Source: Candidatus Scalinduaceae bacterium (GTDB taxonomy: Bacteria; Planctomycetota; Brocadiia; Brocadiales; Scalinduaceae). Taken from it: a DNA stretch of 64,000 bases. Positions 29,345-38,826 of this stretch are shown here, piece after piece. The position numbers were made by a program, and so were the translations under genes. The stretch covers positions 1 to 64,000 of the forward strand of contig JBHICG010000008.1 of assembly GCA_046759445.1 (NCBI GenBank), given 5' to 3'. The notes under the pieces are model-generated. The model was not told where the DNA came from. It did not search any database and worked only from the letters and a program-made list of their open reading frames with translations. Numbering within the stretch: position 1 is the stretch's first letter; every line of letters starts with the position of its first letter.

Positions 29345-31318
29345 TTGGTAATCTTAGGGGTAGATATTGGAGGTACGTTTACGGACTTTGTTTTATTTAA
29401 TGGTAGAGGGTTAAAGATTCATAAGATCAATTCTACGCCACATAATCCTGCCGATGCTGTCTTTAAAGGGATACAATTCTTTAAAACCTCAGAAGAGCAA
29501 CTAAACATAGTCCACGGTTCTACCGTCGCAACAAACGCACTCCTGGAGAGAAGGGGAGCAAAGGTTGCCTTAATCACCACAAAAGGGTATGAAGACATTA
29601 CTGAAATTGGCAGACAAGCACGAAGTATGCTTTATAATCTCTTTATTACGCGTAAACGTCCCTTAGTGCCAGGAAATCTGAGATGGGGGCTGCAAGAAAG
29701 GGTTACTGTAAAGGGTAGCGTCCTGGATAAGGTAAAGGAAAATGATTTGAGAAGGATAATGAACAAATTAAGAAGAAATAGAATAGAGGCAGTTGCAATA
29801 TGTTTTCTTTTTTCTTACAAAAATCCCGTCAATGAAAAGGCCGTAATCAATGCGCTGAAACGTACAGGGATTCATATCTCTGCTTCTCACAAGATATTGC
29901 CCGAATACCGTGAATACGAGAGGTTTAGTACTACGATAGTAAATGCATATGTTTCGCCTATTATGTCAAGATACCTGACTTCCCTGGAAGATGGTATAGG
30001 GGCAAATAAGATAAGCATAATGCAATCAAACGGTGGCAGTATTTCTATCCAGGGCGCTAAGGAAAGGTCTATTAATTGCATACTATCAGGGCCTGCTGGG
30101 GGTGTGATTGGAGCTTTGAGGATTGCAGGGTTTGCCGGGATGAAGAGGATTATATCATTCGATATGGGAGGAACTTCAACTGATGTTTCCCTGTGTGATG
30201 GTGACGTGCGAATGGCGACCGGTACAATTATTGGTGAGATGCCTATAAAAATTCCCGTAATTGATATATTCACAGTAGGGGCAGGGGGTGGTTCTACCGT
30301 ATGCATTGATCCCGGCGGCGCTATGAGGGTGGGGCCACAGAGTGCGGGCGTTGATCCAGGTCCAATCTGTTATGGCAAGGGGAGAATATTAACGGTTACA
30401 GATGCCAATCTGTTTCTGGGAAGAATCTGTGAAGATCACTTCCTGGGCGGAAGGATGAAACTTTTTCCCGACAGAGTATCCACTTACATGCATCTCTTTG
30501 CAAAGAAATTAAGGATAGACCCTGTGCAGGTAGCTGAAGGTATCATTGATATTGCTAACACAAATATGGAAAGGGCCATAAAGGTTGTTTCCATTGAAAA
30601 GGGGTATGACGTAAGAGATTTTACTCTGTTTTCGTTTGGTGGTGCGGGCGGGCTTCATGCATGTGAACTGGCGAGTCGCCTTTTAATGAAAAGAGTACTT
30701 ATTCCGAAAAATGCCGGAGTATTATCTGCAATAGGGATGACGGTTGCTGATACTGTTAAGGAATATTCAAGAAGTGTGCTTATGAGGGCAAGAAATGATG
30801 ATTATGATAAGCTTACAGCATTATTCAGACCATTAGAATTGCAGGGCACGAAGGAAATCCTCGCCGAAGGTATCCAGGAGAACAGGCTTAATTTACAAAG
30901 ACACCTGGACATACGATACGTAGGACAATCACATGAACTTACTTTACCATATAAGAAGAGTTTTATTAATGATTTTCATAGGCTGCACGAAAAATCGTAT
31001 GGTTATGCAAACAGTGATTATGATGTAGAAGTGGTGAATCTTCGAGTGAGGGCAACGGGGAAGACACATAAGCCTTCATTGAATAAGAAATCAAAACAAA
31101 TACCGATCAAAAAGCAAAAAGCAGTAAAAAAGACAAGGTGTTATTTCAGAGGCAGGTGGTTGAAAACAGACATTTACGATAGGAGTAGAGTTCTAACGGG
31201 TTTCAGGATAAAGGGTCCTGCCCTGATTGTTGAAGATACATCAACAACATTTCTCCCACCTGAATATGTTTGCAACGTTGATGAGTGTGAAAATCTGATT
31301 ATAGAAAAAGGCAGATAA
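29345..31318 (+). CDS. Hydantoinase/oxoprolinase family, subunit A
   Basis: GVDIGGTFTD, HGSTVATNALLE, SGPAGG, DMGGTSTD, GAGGGS. TTG at 29345 preferred as start. Confidence 0.93.
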   Translation: MVILGVDIGGTFTDFVLFNGRGLKIHKINSTPHNPADAVFKGIQFFKTSEEQLNIVHGSTVATNALLERRGAKVALITTKGYEDITEIGRQARSMLYNLFITRKRPLVPGNLRWGLQERVTVKGSVLDKVKENDLRRIMNKLRRNRIEAVAICFLFSYKNPVNEKAVINALKRTGIHISASHKILPEYREYERFSTTIVNAYVSPIMSRYLTSLEDGIGANKISIMQSNGGSISIQGAKERSINCILSGPAGGVIGALRIAGFAGMKRIISFDMGGTSTDVSLCDGDVRMATGTIIGEMPIKIPVIDIFTVGAGGGSTVCIDPGGAMRVGPQSAGVDPGPICYGKGRILTVTDANLFLGRICEDHFLGGRMKLFPDRVSTYMHLFAKKLRIDPVQVAEGIIDIANTNMERAIKVVSIEKGYDVRDFTLFSFGGAGGLHACELASRLLMKRVLIPKNAGVLSAIGMTVADTVKEYSRSVLMRARNDDYDKLTALFRPLELQGTKEILAEGIQENRLNLQRHLDIRYVGQSHELTLPYKKSFINDFHRLHEKSYGYANSDYDVEVVNLRVRATGKTHKPSLNKKSKQIPIKKQKAVKKTRCYFRGRWLKTDIYDRSRVLTGFRIKGPALIVEDTSTTFLPPEYVCNVDECENLIIEKGR

Positions 31319-31562
31319 AACGCCCGACTATACGCAATTAAGGCTTCGGAAGTATTTTCCGAGATACTTGAAACTCTGAAGGGTGAATTTCTGAATACGG
31401 ATAAAACCCTAAAGGGGCTGTTACGCTATTAGGTAGAACAGCCGCTTTAGCTTTTATATTGAGAAATATTTATAAGTGCCCAAGTCTGTCTAAATATTGA
31501 CTGTGTTTGTTGTATAGGAATATCCATTTTAAATAGTCATAAACTTAAGTAAGGAGTCCAAT

Positions 31563-32066
31563 ATGAAAGTGTTTGACGAAAATTTCCGTAGTAATAAATT
31601 AAGATATATACTGCAATGCATCCTGGCTACTTTATCGATCTCTGTAATACTTTTACTCTTTGATACCATGACGAATGCCATCATTATTGCCGCCCTGGGA
31701 TCAAGCGCTTTTGTAACGTTTACAATGCCCAAGGCGCAAGTGTCGAGGCCAAGGTTTATGATAGGCGGGTATATAGTGGGTATAGTTGTGGGTTTGGTAT
31801 GTTACTATTTATCAACTATGCCATTACTCACAAACATATCCATTATCCAGGAAACATCTCGCGTAGTGTTTGGGGCGTTGGCAGTAGGGTTGGCGATATT
31901 CGTAATGGTAATCACGGATACAGAGCACCCTCCTGCGGCGGGTTTGGCATTGGCGCTCATTCTTAATGAATGGAACTACATGGCAATTGTTGTTACTATG
32001 GTGGGAATCATTTCATTGTCAGTCATAAAGACCATGCTTCGGTCTATTTTGGAAAATCTATTATAG
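31563..32066 (+). CDS. HPP family membrane protein
   Basis: ALGSSAF...TEHPPAAG; multiple TMs. Confidence 0.85.
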   Translation: MKVFDENFRSNKLRYILQCILATLSISVILLLFDTMTNAIIIAALGSSAFVTFTMPKAQVSRPRFMIGGYIVGIVVGLVCYYLSTMPLLTNISIIQETSRVVFGALAVGLAIFVMVITDTEHPPAAGLALALILNEWNYMAIVVTMVGIISLSVIKTMLRSILENLL

Positions 32067-32155
32067 TCGGTAATCAATAGTTGTGCACATATGATAATTG
32101 ACTCGTTGATGGGTGTATTTATTATGTGCGAATCAAGACAAGCTGTGTTTTGAGT

Positions 32156-32827
32156 ATGATTGAAATTAACAAAATAATAAGGTCAAAAAGAAAGACATTC
32201 GCATTGGAGATTAGCGATGATGCCAGATTGATAATTCGCTCTCCCAAACGCGCTTCAGTCAAAGAAATTCACAAAATAATGAACAAAAACAAATTGTGGA
32301 TTCGTAAAAAGCAGGAACTTGCCAGACAAAAGTATCTGAAGACTAAAAAGAAAGAATTTGTAAATAGTGAGGAATTTTTGTATTTGGGGGAAGTTTATAT
32401 ACTGTTTATGGTTGATAATCCAGAAATACCTCTTACAAATAAGAATAAGACGTTTATGCTCGCAAGAGAATGCATTGATAATGCGCGAGAAGTATTTATC
32501 CAATGGTATAAGGAACAGGCCTTTCGCATAATTTCAGAGAGGGCTGCATGGTATTCTTCAATATCAGGACTTAGATATAATAAGGTAAGTATCACAAATG
32601 CTCATAAGCGTTGGGGATCTTGCAGTCCAAAAGAAAATCTAAATTTCAGCATGCGCCTGATAATGGCGCCCTTAAGAGTTATTGATTATGTTGTTGTGCA
32701 TGAAATAGCACATATTGAGGAAAAGAATCATTCAAAAAGATTTTGGAATAAAGTTAAAACAATGCTTCCAGATTACGCTCAGCGCAAAAAATGGTTGAAT
32801 GAAAATGGCTATTTATTGTTCATCTGA
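32156..32827 (+). CDS. M48/YgjP (DUF45) metalloprotease-like protein
   Basis: IRSKRKT, RWGSCS, YVVVHEIAH, NHSKRFW. Confidence 0.9.
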   Translation: MIEINKIIRSKRKTFALEISDDARLIIRSPKRASVKEIHKIMNKNKLWIRKKQELARQKYLKTKKKEFVNSEEFLYLGEVYILFMVDNPEIPLTNKNKTFMLARECIDNAREVFIQWYKEQAFRIISERAAWYSSISGLRYNKVSITNAHKRWGSCSPKENLNFSMRLIMAPLRVIDYVVVHEIAHIEEKNHSKRFWNKVKTMLPDYAQRKKWLNENGYLLFI

Positions 32828-32858
32828 CTTCTGACTTTTGCTTGCCCCGCACGAGCCT

Positions 32859-32891
32859 CCAATGCTTCCTTGCGGAAGCAAGGAATGGGGG
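32859..32891. repeat. REP-like hairpin (second copy at 36410-36464)
   Basis: CCAATGCTTCCTTGC-GGAA-GCAAGGAATGGGGG. Confidence 0.6.
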
Positions 32892-32921
32892 CGATTTCAC
32901 GGGGTCTTTTGTTTAAATATT

Positions 32922-33917
32922 ATGGCTGGAAAACTTGCCTACGAAAGATATTATTGGTTTCATAATCAGGTAAAGGACAACAAACATCCCAATTCAAGAC
33001 ATCTTGCCGATGAATTCGAAATCTCCCAAAAAACCGCTCAAAGAGACATAGAATTCATGAGGGATAGGATTGATGCACCACTTGAATATTCCCATGCTGA
33101 TAGAGGCTATTATTATACTGATGAAGCCTATGAGTTACCACCCATCTGGTTGCGTGAAAGTGAACTTGTCGCCTTTATCCTGGCCAAAAGGCTGGCCACA
33201 GCGATACCGGACAGAAGTATAAAAGATTCATTAAACAAATTCATAAGTAAGTTTTCCTCACGAATTTCAGATAAAACTTGTGGTGAGCGGAGCGAATCCA
33301 TAAGATTTTATCTGGATGATATTCAAGACAAGATATCTCTGAAAAACATAGAATATTATTCTGTCGATGAGGACTTATTTAGAAAGGTTGTGAATGCGCT
33401 TTTTACCAAAAGATCTTTAGCGATTCAATATTATTCTCCACATAAAGATGAAAGAACGAATAGAAATATAATTCCCCTTCATCTACTTGACTATATGGGC
33501 AACTGGCACCTGATATCATTTTGTACGCTAAAGAAAGGACTCAGAAACTTTGCACTTTCAAGAATAGAAGAGTGTAATTATATTGACGAGGAAATATCAC
33601 TTCCAACCGACCTGCCGCCAATAAAGACCTACATACGTAAAACTTTTGGAATATTCCACGGAGGACAAAACCATAATGTATCACTCAAATTCTCTCCCAG
33701 GGCATCCAGAGCTGTGAAAGAACAGATATGGCATAAAAAACAGAAGATAAAAGAACTTAAAGACGGATGCATTATACTAAATGTTCCGGTTGCGGATACT
33801 ACTGAAATCAAAAGAGAAATCCTGAAATATGGCTCAGAAGTAGAGGTCCTTAAGCCTTTAAGATTAAAGAATGAGATAATTGAAGAGATAAAAAAAATGA
33901 AGAAAATTTATCAGTAG
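32922..33917 (+). CDS. HTH-WYL-WCX transcriptional regulator
   Basis: HTH KTAQRDIEFMRD; WYL core PLHL..YMGNWHLI...LRNFALSRI; WCX ILKYGSEVEVLKP. ATG at 32922 preferred as start. Confidence 0.93.
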   Translation: MAGKLAYERYYWFHNQVKDNKHPNSRHLADEFEISQKTAQRDIEFMRDRIDAPLEYSHADRGYYYTDEAYELPPIWLRESELVAFILAKRLATAIPDRSIKDSLNKFISKFSSRISDKTCGERSESIRFYLDDIQDKISLKNIEYYSVDEDLFRKVVNALFTKRSLAIQYYSPHKDERTNRNIIPLHLLDYMGNWHLISFCTLKKGLRNFALSRIEECNYIDEEISLPTDLPPIKTYIRKTFGIFHGGQNHNVSLKFSPRASRAVKEQIWHKKQKIKELKDGCIILNVPVADTTEIKREILKYGSEVEVLKPLRLKNEIIEEIKKMKKIYQ

Positions 33918-34582
33918 GACACTATTTGGGGGAGTAGGTATGGGATAAGAGTATTTAGTTTAAACAGTTTAAAACGTTCAAATCGCTTAAACAGTTTGAG
34001 CAGTTTGAACAATTTTAAAAAGGAGGGGGGGAAAGATGAGTGCAAGATATTTTGAAGATTTAGAAGTCTGGATACTCTCAAGAGAATTAACGAATAAAAT
34101 CTACAATGTAAGCAATGACGGTAGATTCGCAAAAGATTTCGGACTCCGTGATCAGATAAGAAGAGCTGCTGTTTCCATTATGTCAAACATTGCAGAAGGA
34201 TATGAAAGGGGCGGCAATCAGGAATTTATTCAGTTTTTGTCAATAGCCAAAGCCTCATGTGGAGAGGTGCGGTCACAGTTGTACGTCGCCATGGATCAAA
34301 GTTATGTTGGCAAAACAAAGTGTGAACAATTAATAGACGAATTTAAGAAACTCTCCATCATGATTAACAACTTTATCGAATATCTAAAAGGTAGCAGATA
34401 TAAAGGAATAAAGTATAAAAACAAAACGGTTTAAACCGCTTAAACCGTTTAAACGGCTCGAACGGTTCTTTAAGAGAATTGGGCAGAAACTATACTAAAT
34501 ATGTTTTGAGCAAAAAGAGTGTAAGTGTTTGTGATTAGTGAAAGAAATCCCCCATTTTCTTCACTTGCACATTCACTTACAC
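33888..34582 (+). repeat. Segmental duplication, copy 1
   Basis: Near-identical to 35421-36157. Includes the last WYL codons, the four-helix-bundle gene and its flanks. Confidence 0.92.
34036..34434 (+). CDS. Four helix bundle protein (TIGR02436 / 23S-IVS family), copy 1
   Basis: FEDLEVW...[22 protein letters not shown]...[16 protein letters not shown]. Confidence 0.93.
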   Translation: MSARYFEDLEVWILSRELTNKIYNVSNDGRFAKDFGLRDQIRRAAVSIMSNIAEGYERGGNQEFIQFLSIAKASCGEVRSQLYVAMDQSYVGKTKCEQLIDEFKKLSIMINNFIEYLKGSRYKGIKYKNKTV

Positions 34583-34706
34583 ATTTTATATGAGCGAAAG
34601 CAGAGTTATTTAGACTTGTTATTAGCCTTGTGAATGGATAACATAAACGGCTAAAGCTGAATTAATAGAGCAATGAGCTATAATAAGATTTAAGGAGGTG
34701 ATTAAT

Positions 34707-34973
34707 ATGGTGATTATTGATAAGGAAAAAGTAAAAGATATGTATTATGCCAATATGATGTGTGAGTATCACAAGGTAACGGAAAAGATCAGACTTTTCA
34801 CAAGAAAATACTCGATGTCATTTGAACATTTTGAAAAGAACATAAAAGGATCTGAGAAAGAAGACTTTGAAAGGTGGGATGATTATATGGAATGGAAAGG
34901 GTATGAAAAAGTCTTACAGAATCTGATCAAAGAAAAGAAGGAGCTGGAAGTTGGAGATTATAAAGTGTCTTGA
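34707..34973 (+). CDS. Putative antitoxin partner of the DUF6516 protein
   Basis: AAGGAGGT RBS; KYSMSFEHFEK...EDFERWDDYMEWK motif; overlaps the next gene. Confidence 0.65.
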   Translation: MVIIDKEKVKDMYYANMMCEYHKVTEKIRLFTRKYSMSFEHFEKNIKGSEKEDFERWDDYMEWKGYEKVLQNLIKEKKELEVGDYKVS

Positions 34974-35286
34974 AAAAAGTAGTGCAGTCAAAGATTTTAA
35001 AATTCTAGTCCTTGAGTATTTTGAAGGCGGTTTCTACATAAGAATTAAAGTCACATTGAATAACAATACTGAACTGTACATAAGGGAATACTCTGACGTT
35101 AATGTACGAAACTATTCATATCACTGGCAAGAACCAAATCAGAAGTTATTGATCAGATGGGACAACTCAGCACATCACAAACATATTGAAACATATCCAC
35201 ATCATATTCATCATAGTAATAATGTCTTACCAAGTTATCAAATCTCTTGCGAGGAAATATTAAAGATAATTGAAGAGAAAATCTGA
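34951..35286 (+). CDS. DUF6516 (TumE-like) putative toxin
   Basis: YSYHWQ...LIRWDNSAHH...TYPHHIH. Confidence 0.8.
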   Translation: MEIIKCLEKSSAVKDFKILVLEYFEGGFYIRIKVTLNNNTELYIREYSDVNVRNYSYHWQEPNQKLLIRWDNSAHHKHIETYPHHIHHSNNVLPSYQISCEEILKIIEEKI

Positions 35287-35334
35287 GCAAAAAGAAGTTG
35301 AATACTTTTACCGGAAACAATGGAGGTCACAAAA

Positions 35335-35424
35335 ATGATACAAGAATTTATGAATTATCTAAATAACTCCAAAACTCACAAATCCTCCATCTCTTTAACT
35401 CTAAAGCTGAAACAGACGAAATAA
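35335..35424 (+). pseudogene. Truncated 5' gene fragment at the duplication junction
   Basis: GGAGGT RBS plus ATG gives a 29-aa ORF that ends where duplication copy 2 begins. Confidence 0.35.
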
Positions 35425-36157
35425 AAAAAATGAAGAAAATTTATCAGTAGGACACTATTTGGGGGAGTGGGTATGGGATAAAGTATTTCTGTTTAAACAG
35501 TTCAAACGGTTAAAACAGTTTAAACGGTTTTAACTTTTTTGTTAGTTAAACCGCTTGAACAGTTTGAACAATTATAAAAAGGAGGTGGGAAAGATGAGTG
35601 CAAGATATTTTGAAGATTTAGAAGTCTGGATACTCTCAAGAGAATTAACGAATAAAATCTACAATGTAAGCAATGACGGTAGATTCGCAAAAGATTTCGG
35701 ACTCCGTGATCAGATAAGAAGAGCTGCTGTTTCCATTATGTCAAACATTGCAGAAGGATATGAAAGGGGCGGCAATCAGGAATTTATTCAGTTTTTGTCA
35801 ATAGCCAAAGCCTCATGTGGAGAGGTGCGGTCACAGTTGTACGTCGCCATGGATCAAAGTTATGTTGGCAAAACAAAGTGTGAACAATTAATAGACGAAT
35901 TTAAGAAACTCTCCATCATGATTAACAACTTTATCGAATATCTAAAAGGTAGCAGATATAAAGGAACAAAGTATAAAAAGTCAAAAAATAAAATGGTTTA
36001 AACGGTTTAAACCGCTTAAACCGTTTAAACGGCTCGAACGGTTCTTTAAGAGAATTGGGCAGAAACTACACGGAAAATGTTTTGAGTAAAAAGAGTGTAA
36101 GTGTTTGTGATTAGTGAAAGAAATCCCCCATTTTCTTTACTTCACTCACACTTACAC
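35421..36157 (+). repeat. Segmental duplication, copy 2
   Basis: Near-identical to 33888-34582; differences are concentrated in the micro-repeat flanks. Confidence 0.92.
35594..36001 (+). CDS. Four helix bundle protein, copy 2
   Basis: Same protein as 34036-34434 except the last few residues; AGGAGG RBS before ATG 35594. Confidence 0.93.
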   Translation: MSARYFEDLEVWILSRELTNKIYNVSNDGRFAKDFGLRDQIRRAAVSIMSNIAEGYERGGNQEFIQFLSIAKASCGEVRSQLYVAMDQSYVGKTKCEQLIDEFKKLSIMINNFIEYLKGSRYKGTKYKKSKNKMV

Positions 36158-36519
36158 TAATTTCTGATTTTTGCATGAAGAACTAGAGAAATTAAAGAGC
36201 CCCCTTTAAAAAGAGGGGATTTAGGGGTGTGTTCCGATGAGAAAGAACTAAGGAGTGGCTGAAGATTGGACAAAAGAAGTTTTAATAGATTTAATTAAAT
36301 AAGATGTGTATGTGCATTGTGAAAGTAAATTACTTACCTAGTATCTGACTTCTGTGTTCTGTTGTCTGTCTTTTGATCACTTACACTTGTTTTTATGATG
36401 TATGAACCCCCAATGCTTCCTTGCCAAAAGTAGGCTCTGTAAGAGCGGAAGCAAGGAATGGGGGTGGATTTTTCGGGAATATGTATAAAAACAAAACATA
36501 GTTTCATTGCTATAAATAA

Positions 36520-38826
36520 ATGTTAAAAGATATTAAACAACTTACAGAATTATATTTGCATTCTAATGGTTTATTGCCAGAAGACAAATCATGGAGTGAT
36601 TTTCACGACGAACTGGTTCAAAATGCATCCAAAGATGCTATTGGACTTCTTGCGGATGCTAACCCGAAAGATAAATGTAAGTATGCATTGTTTATTGATA
36701 TAGATACTCAAAATAAAAATTGTAATGTCAAATATAAGGGCTTTGATAATTTTGTGGAAATCGAAAAAGTAGATGATTGGTCAAGTCATCTATTTTGGCA
36801 AGGGTCAGGTGGAGCTCAGAGCGACAAAATCAGGAACACACCACATAAATTCTTCGATGTTAAAGGTAAATTTTCTTCAAATAAACTTTTTGAGCCATTA
36901 CAAATGATATTAGATAATTACTGCCAAGTTCAAGAGGGTAAAGGCAAGAATAAAAAATATAAAGAAACTGGCCCACTGTTTTGGGATAAAGACAAAAACA
37001 ATGAGAGTAAATTGCTTAAGAATATAGTGAATATTTTGAGCAAGAATAAAGATGAAGTGAATAAACTTGTAAAGGGTGACGAGAAAAGCAAACCAAAAAT
37101 ACTAGGTAAATTTCCTTCGTTGAAACAGGGCGAGTCTGTTTTTGTTGGTTTAACCATTGACGGAAAACCAATTGGAGAATATGAATTATTTAGACGATAT
37201 TTGTTATTTGTAAGAATAAGGGTAGGCATTCAAAAAGGGGCAGATAAGTTTAAATATAAGTTTTTCCCAGAGGTAAGTAGAGAATTGGGTATATGCCCTT
37301 CATGTCATAGGAATAAGCCTCTTTTAGACCAGTGGCAGGGTACAGCCGAATTATCTTTTTACCAGACAACTAATGAGAATCACCTCTCATATGCGTTTCC
37401 TGAATCAGCTTTTACATTCTGTCAAAGCTGTGCAGATTTGCTATTCATTTTCAAACAGCATTTACTTGAAGTCTTAACTCGAAAGTTGGGTGGTAATCAG
37501 TGCCTTATCTTACCATCTATTAAACTGATTCCTTCAGATCAGAATGAAAAGAGAAGGCTTCTTGAAAATTTAAAAGATTTATGGGATTTATCTAGTAGCG
37601 ATATTCAATCTAAAGAAAAGAGATTGTTATATAGACTCGGACAATTGCCGTCATATGCTACCGTAACATTTATCTTCGGTGATTATATTACTGTTGGCAA
37701 ATCTCAAAATGTGAGGAGGCTGGATGAGCTTAATATTATCTTCCCTGATGTTCTACCAAGTAGGCTTTCACAAATAGCAGGTGCAATACAGGAAACTAAC
37801 ACATACTTAAGTGCGATGTGGTCTTTAACAAGCAGAGATTGGAATTGTACATGGTATGTCAGGGATGATTTTCATTTGCTTCAAAATTTATTCCATCCAT
37901 CATGGGATGAAGATAAAAAGAATAAAGACAGGAATAGAAAACAATATAAAAGTTTGAGACGGCCGGAAATAGAACGATATCTAAGATCAATCTTTTATGG
38001 ACAAGAGATTTCATATTGTGAAATAGCAGATGATTGCTATTCAAACCTTTTGTCAGCCTTCAAAATAAGCAGAAGTAGCAGTAAAGATGATAACAACAGA
38101 TATACGTTATCTAATTACATAGGGGACGTTCTATCTTTAATGGTTTTTATTAGTGAATTGAAAGATTTAGATCCCAATAAGGAGGTAGAAGATATGACGG
38201 AAAATAAAGAATTTGAACTTACAGCTATGCCGGAGCTGGGTAAGTTTGTTGAGATGCATCCTTTATTTAAGGATAGTCAATATCTTGCACCGTTTTTTGT
38301 CGGCTGTTTGTTCTCGTATGCAGAAAACCTGCAGAAAGATAATAGCAGGTTGGCAGCGTACAATTGGCTAGGGACAATGACCTTGACATATGATGATATT
38401 TTGCAAGATGTTTACCACAAGACTCTAAAATACATTAAAAGTAGACCCAAGAAAGAAAGTATCATATCAAGTCCACGTCTTCAAGAACTTATTAAAGCAA
38501 TTGCTTATTATGATAAAGGACGATGTGATAATGATAGAGTTGCATTGACGGCTTTTTGTCATGGGTGGTCTGTTGGACGAAGTTTTATTATGAAAAAAAA
38601 TATTGTTAAAGCGATCAAGAAGAAAATAAATGAACTTAAAATTCAAATGAACGATGAAATCAAGAAATTTTTGGAAGCGAATAAAGAAAAAATAAACGCC
38701 AATGACAGTCAAATATTGGATGATTTTTTGAAGCTTATCCCTGAAACTCAACAGCCTGAAATATCATCAATCTGGCAAAAGTCTAAAGAAAATAAAATTG
38801 ACGAAGGAGGAGAATACAATGAGTAA
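36520..38826 (+). CDS. cas8b: Type I-B large subunit Cas8b (Csh1/TM1802-like)
   Basis: First gene of the cas7-cas5-cas3 block; Zn-finger CPSC...FYQT...CQSC; helical C-terminus. Confidence 0.8.
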   Translation: MLKDIKQLTELYLHSNGLLPEDKSWSDFHDELVQNASKDAIGLLADANPKDKCKYALFIDIDTQNKNCNVKYKGFDNFVEIEKVDDWSSHLFWQGSGGAQSDKIRNTPHKFFDVKGKFSSNKLFEPLQMILDNYCQVQEGKGKNKKYKETGPLFWDKDKNNESKLLKNIVNILSKNKDEVNKLVKGDEKSKPKILGKFPSLKQGESVFVGLTIDGKPIGEYELFRRYLLFVRIRVGIQKGADKFKYKFFPEVSRELGICPSCHRNKPLLDQWQGTAELSFYQTTNENHLSYAFPESAFTFCQSCADLLFIFKQHLLEVLTRKLGGNQCLILPSIKLIPSDQNEKRRLLENLKDLWDLSSSDIQSKEKRLLYRLGQLPSYATVTFIFGDYITVGKSQNVRRLDELNIIFPDVLPSRLSQIAGAIQETNTYLSAMWSLTSRDWNCTWYVRDDFHLLQNLFHPSWDEDKKNKDRNRKQYKSLRRPEIERYLRSIFYGQEISYCEIADDCYSNLLSAFKISRSSSKDDNNRYTLSNYIGDVLSLMVFISELKDLDPNKEVEDMTENKEFELTAMPELGKFVEMHPLFKDSQYLAPFFVGCLFSYAENLQKDNSRLAAYNWLGTMTLTYDDILQDVYHKTLKYIKSRPKKESIISSPRLQELIKAIAYYDKGRCDNDRVALTAFCHGWSVGRSFIMKKNIVKAIKKKINELKIQMNDEIKKFLEANKEKINANDSQILDDFLKLIPETQQPEISSIWQKSKENKIDEGGEYNE
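38194..38826 (+). CDS. cas11: Internally translated small subunit Cas11 (in frame within cas8b)
   Basis: TAAGGAGGT followed 7 nt later by an in-frame ATG (MTENKEF...FFVGCLF). Confidence 0.7.
   Translation: MTENKEFELTAMPELGKFVEMHPLFKDSQYLAPFFVGCLFSYAENLQKDNSRLAAYNWLGTMTLTYDDILQDVYHKTLKYIKSRPKKESIISSPRLQELIKAIAYYDKGRCDNDRVALTAFCHGWSVGRSFIMKKNIVKAIKKKINELKIQMNDEIKKFLEANKEKINANDSQILDDFLKLIPETQQPEISSIWQKSKENKIDEGGEYNE

Noticed and set aside
31319..31431. In-frame open stretch after the hydantoinase A stop
   Set aside because: The protein already ends at the family-typical C-terminus (NLII). The stretch is at most an unidentifiable remnant.
33911..34132. Minus-strand ORF with [19 protein letters not shown]
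   Set aside because: It is a translation artefact of the 9-bp micro-repeat arm, antisense to a real gene.
33888..36157. Diversity-generating retroelement (Avd-like genes plus a repeated region as TR/VR)
   Set aside because: There is no reverse transcriptase in the window. The repeat is ~700 bp and covers a whole gene, and the differences are not adenine-specific.
36160..36520. CreTA-like mini-array or degenerate CRISPR repeats upstream of cas8b
   Set aside because: No recognisable copy of the 37-bp repeat was found. The region holds REP-like hairpins and a short gene remnant (...EDWTKEVLIDLIK*).
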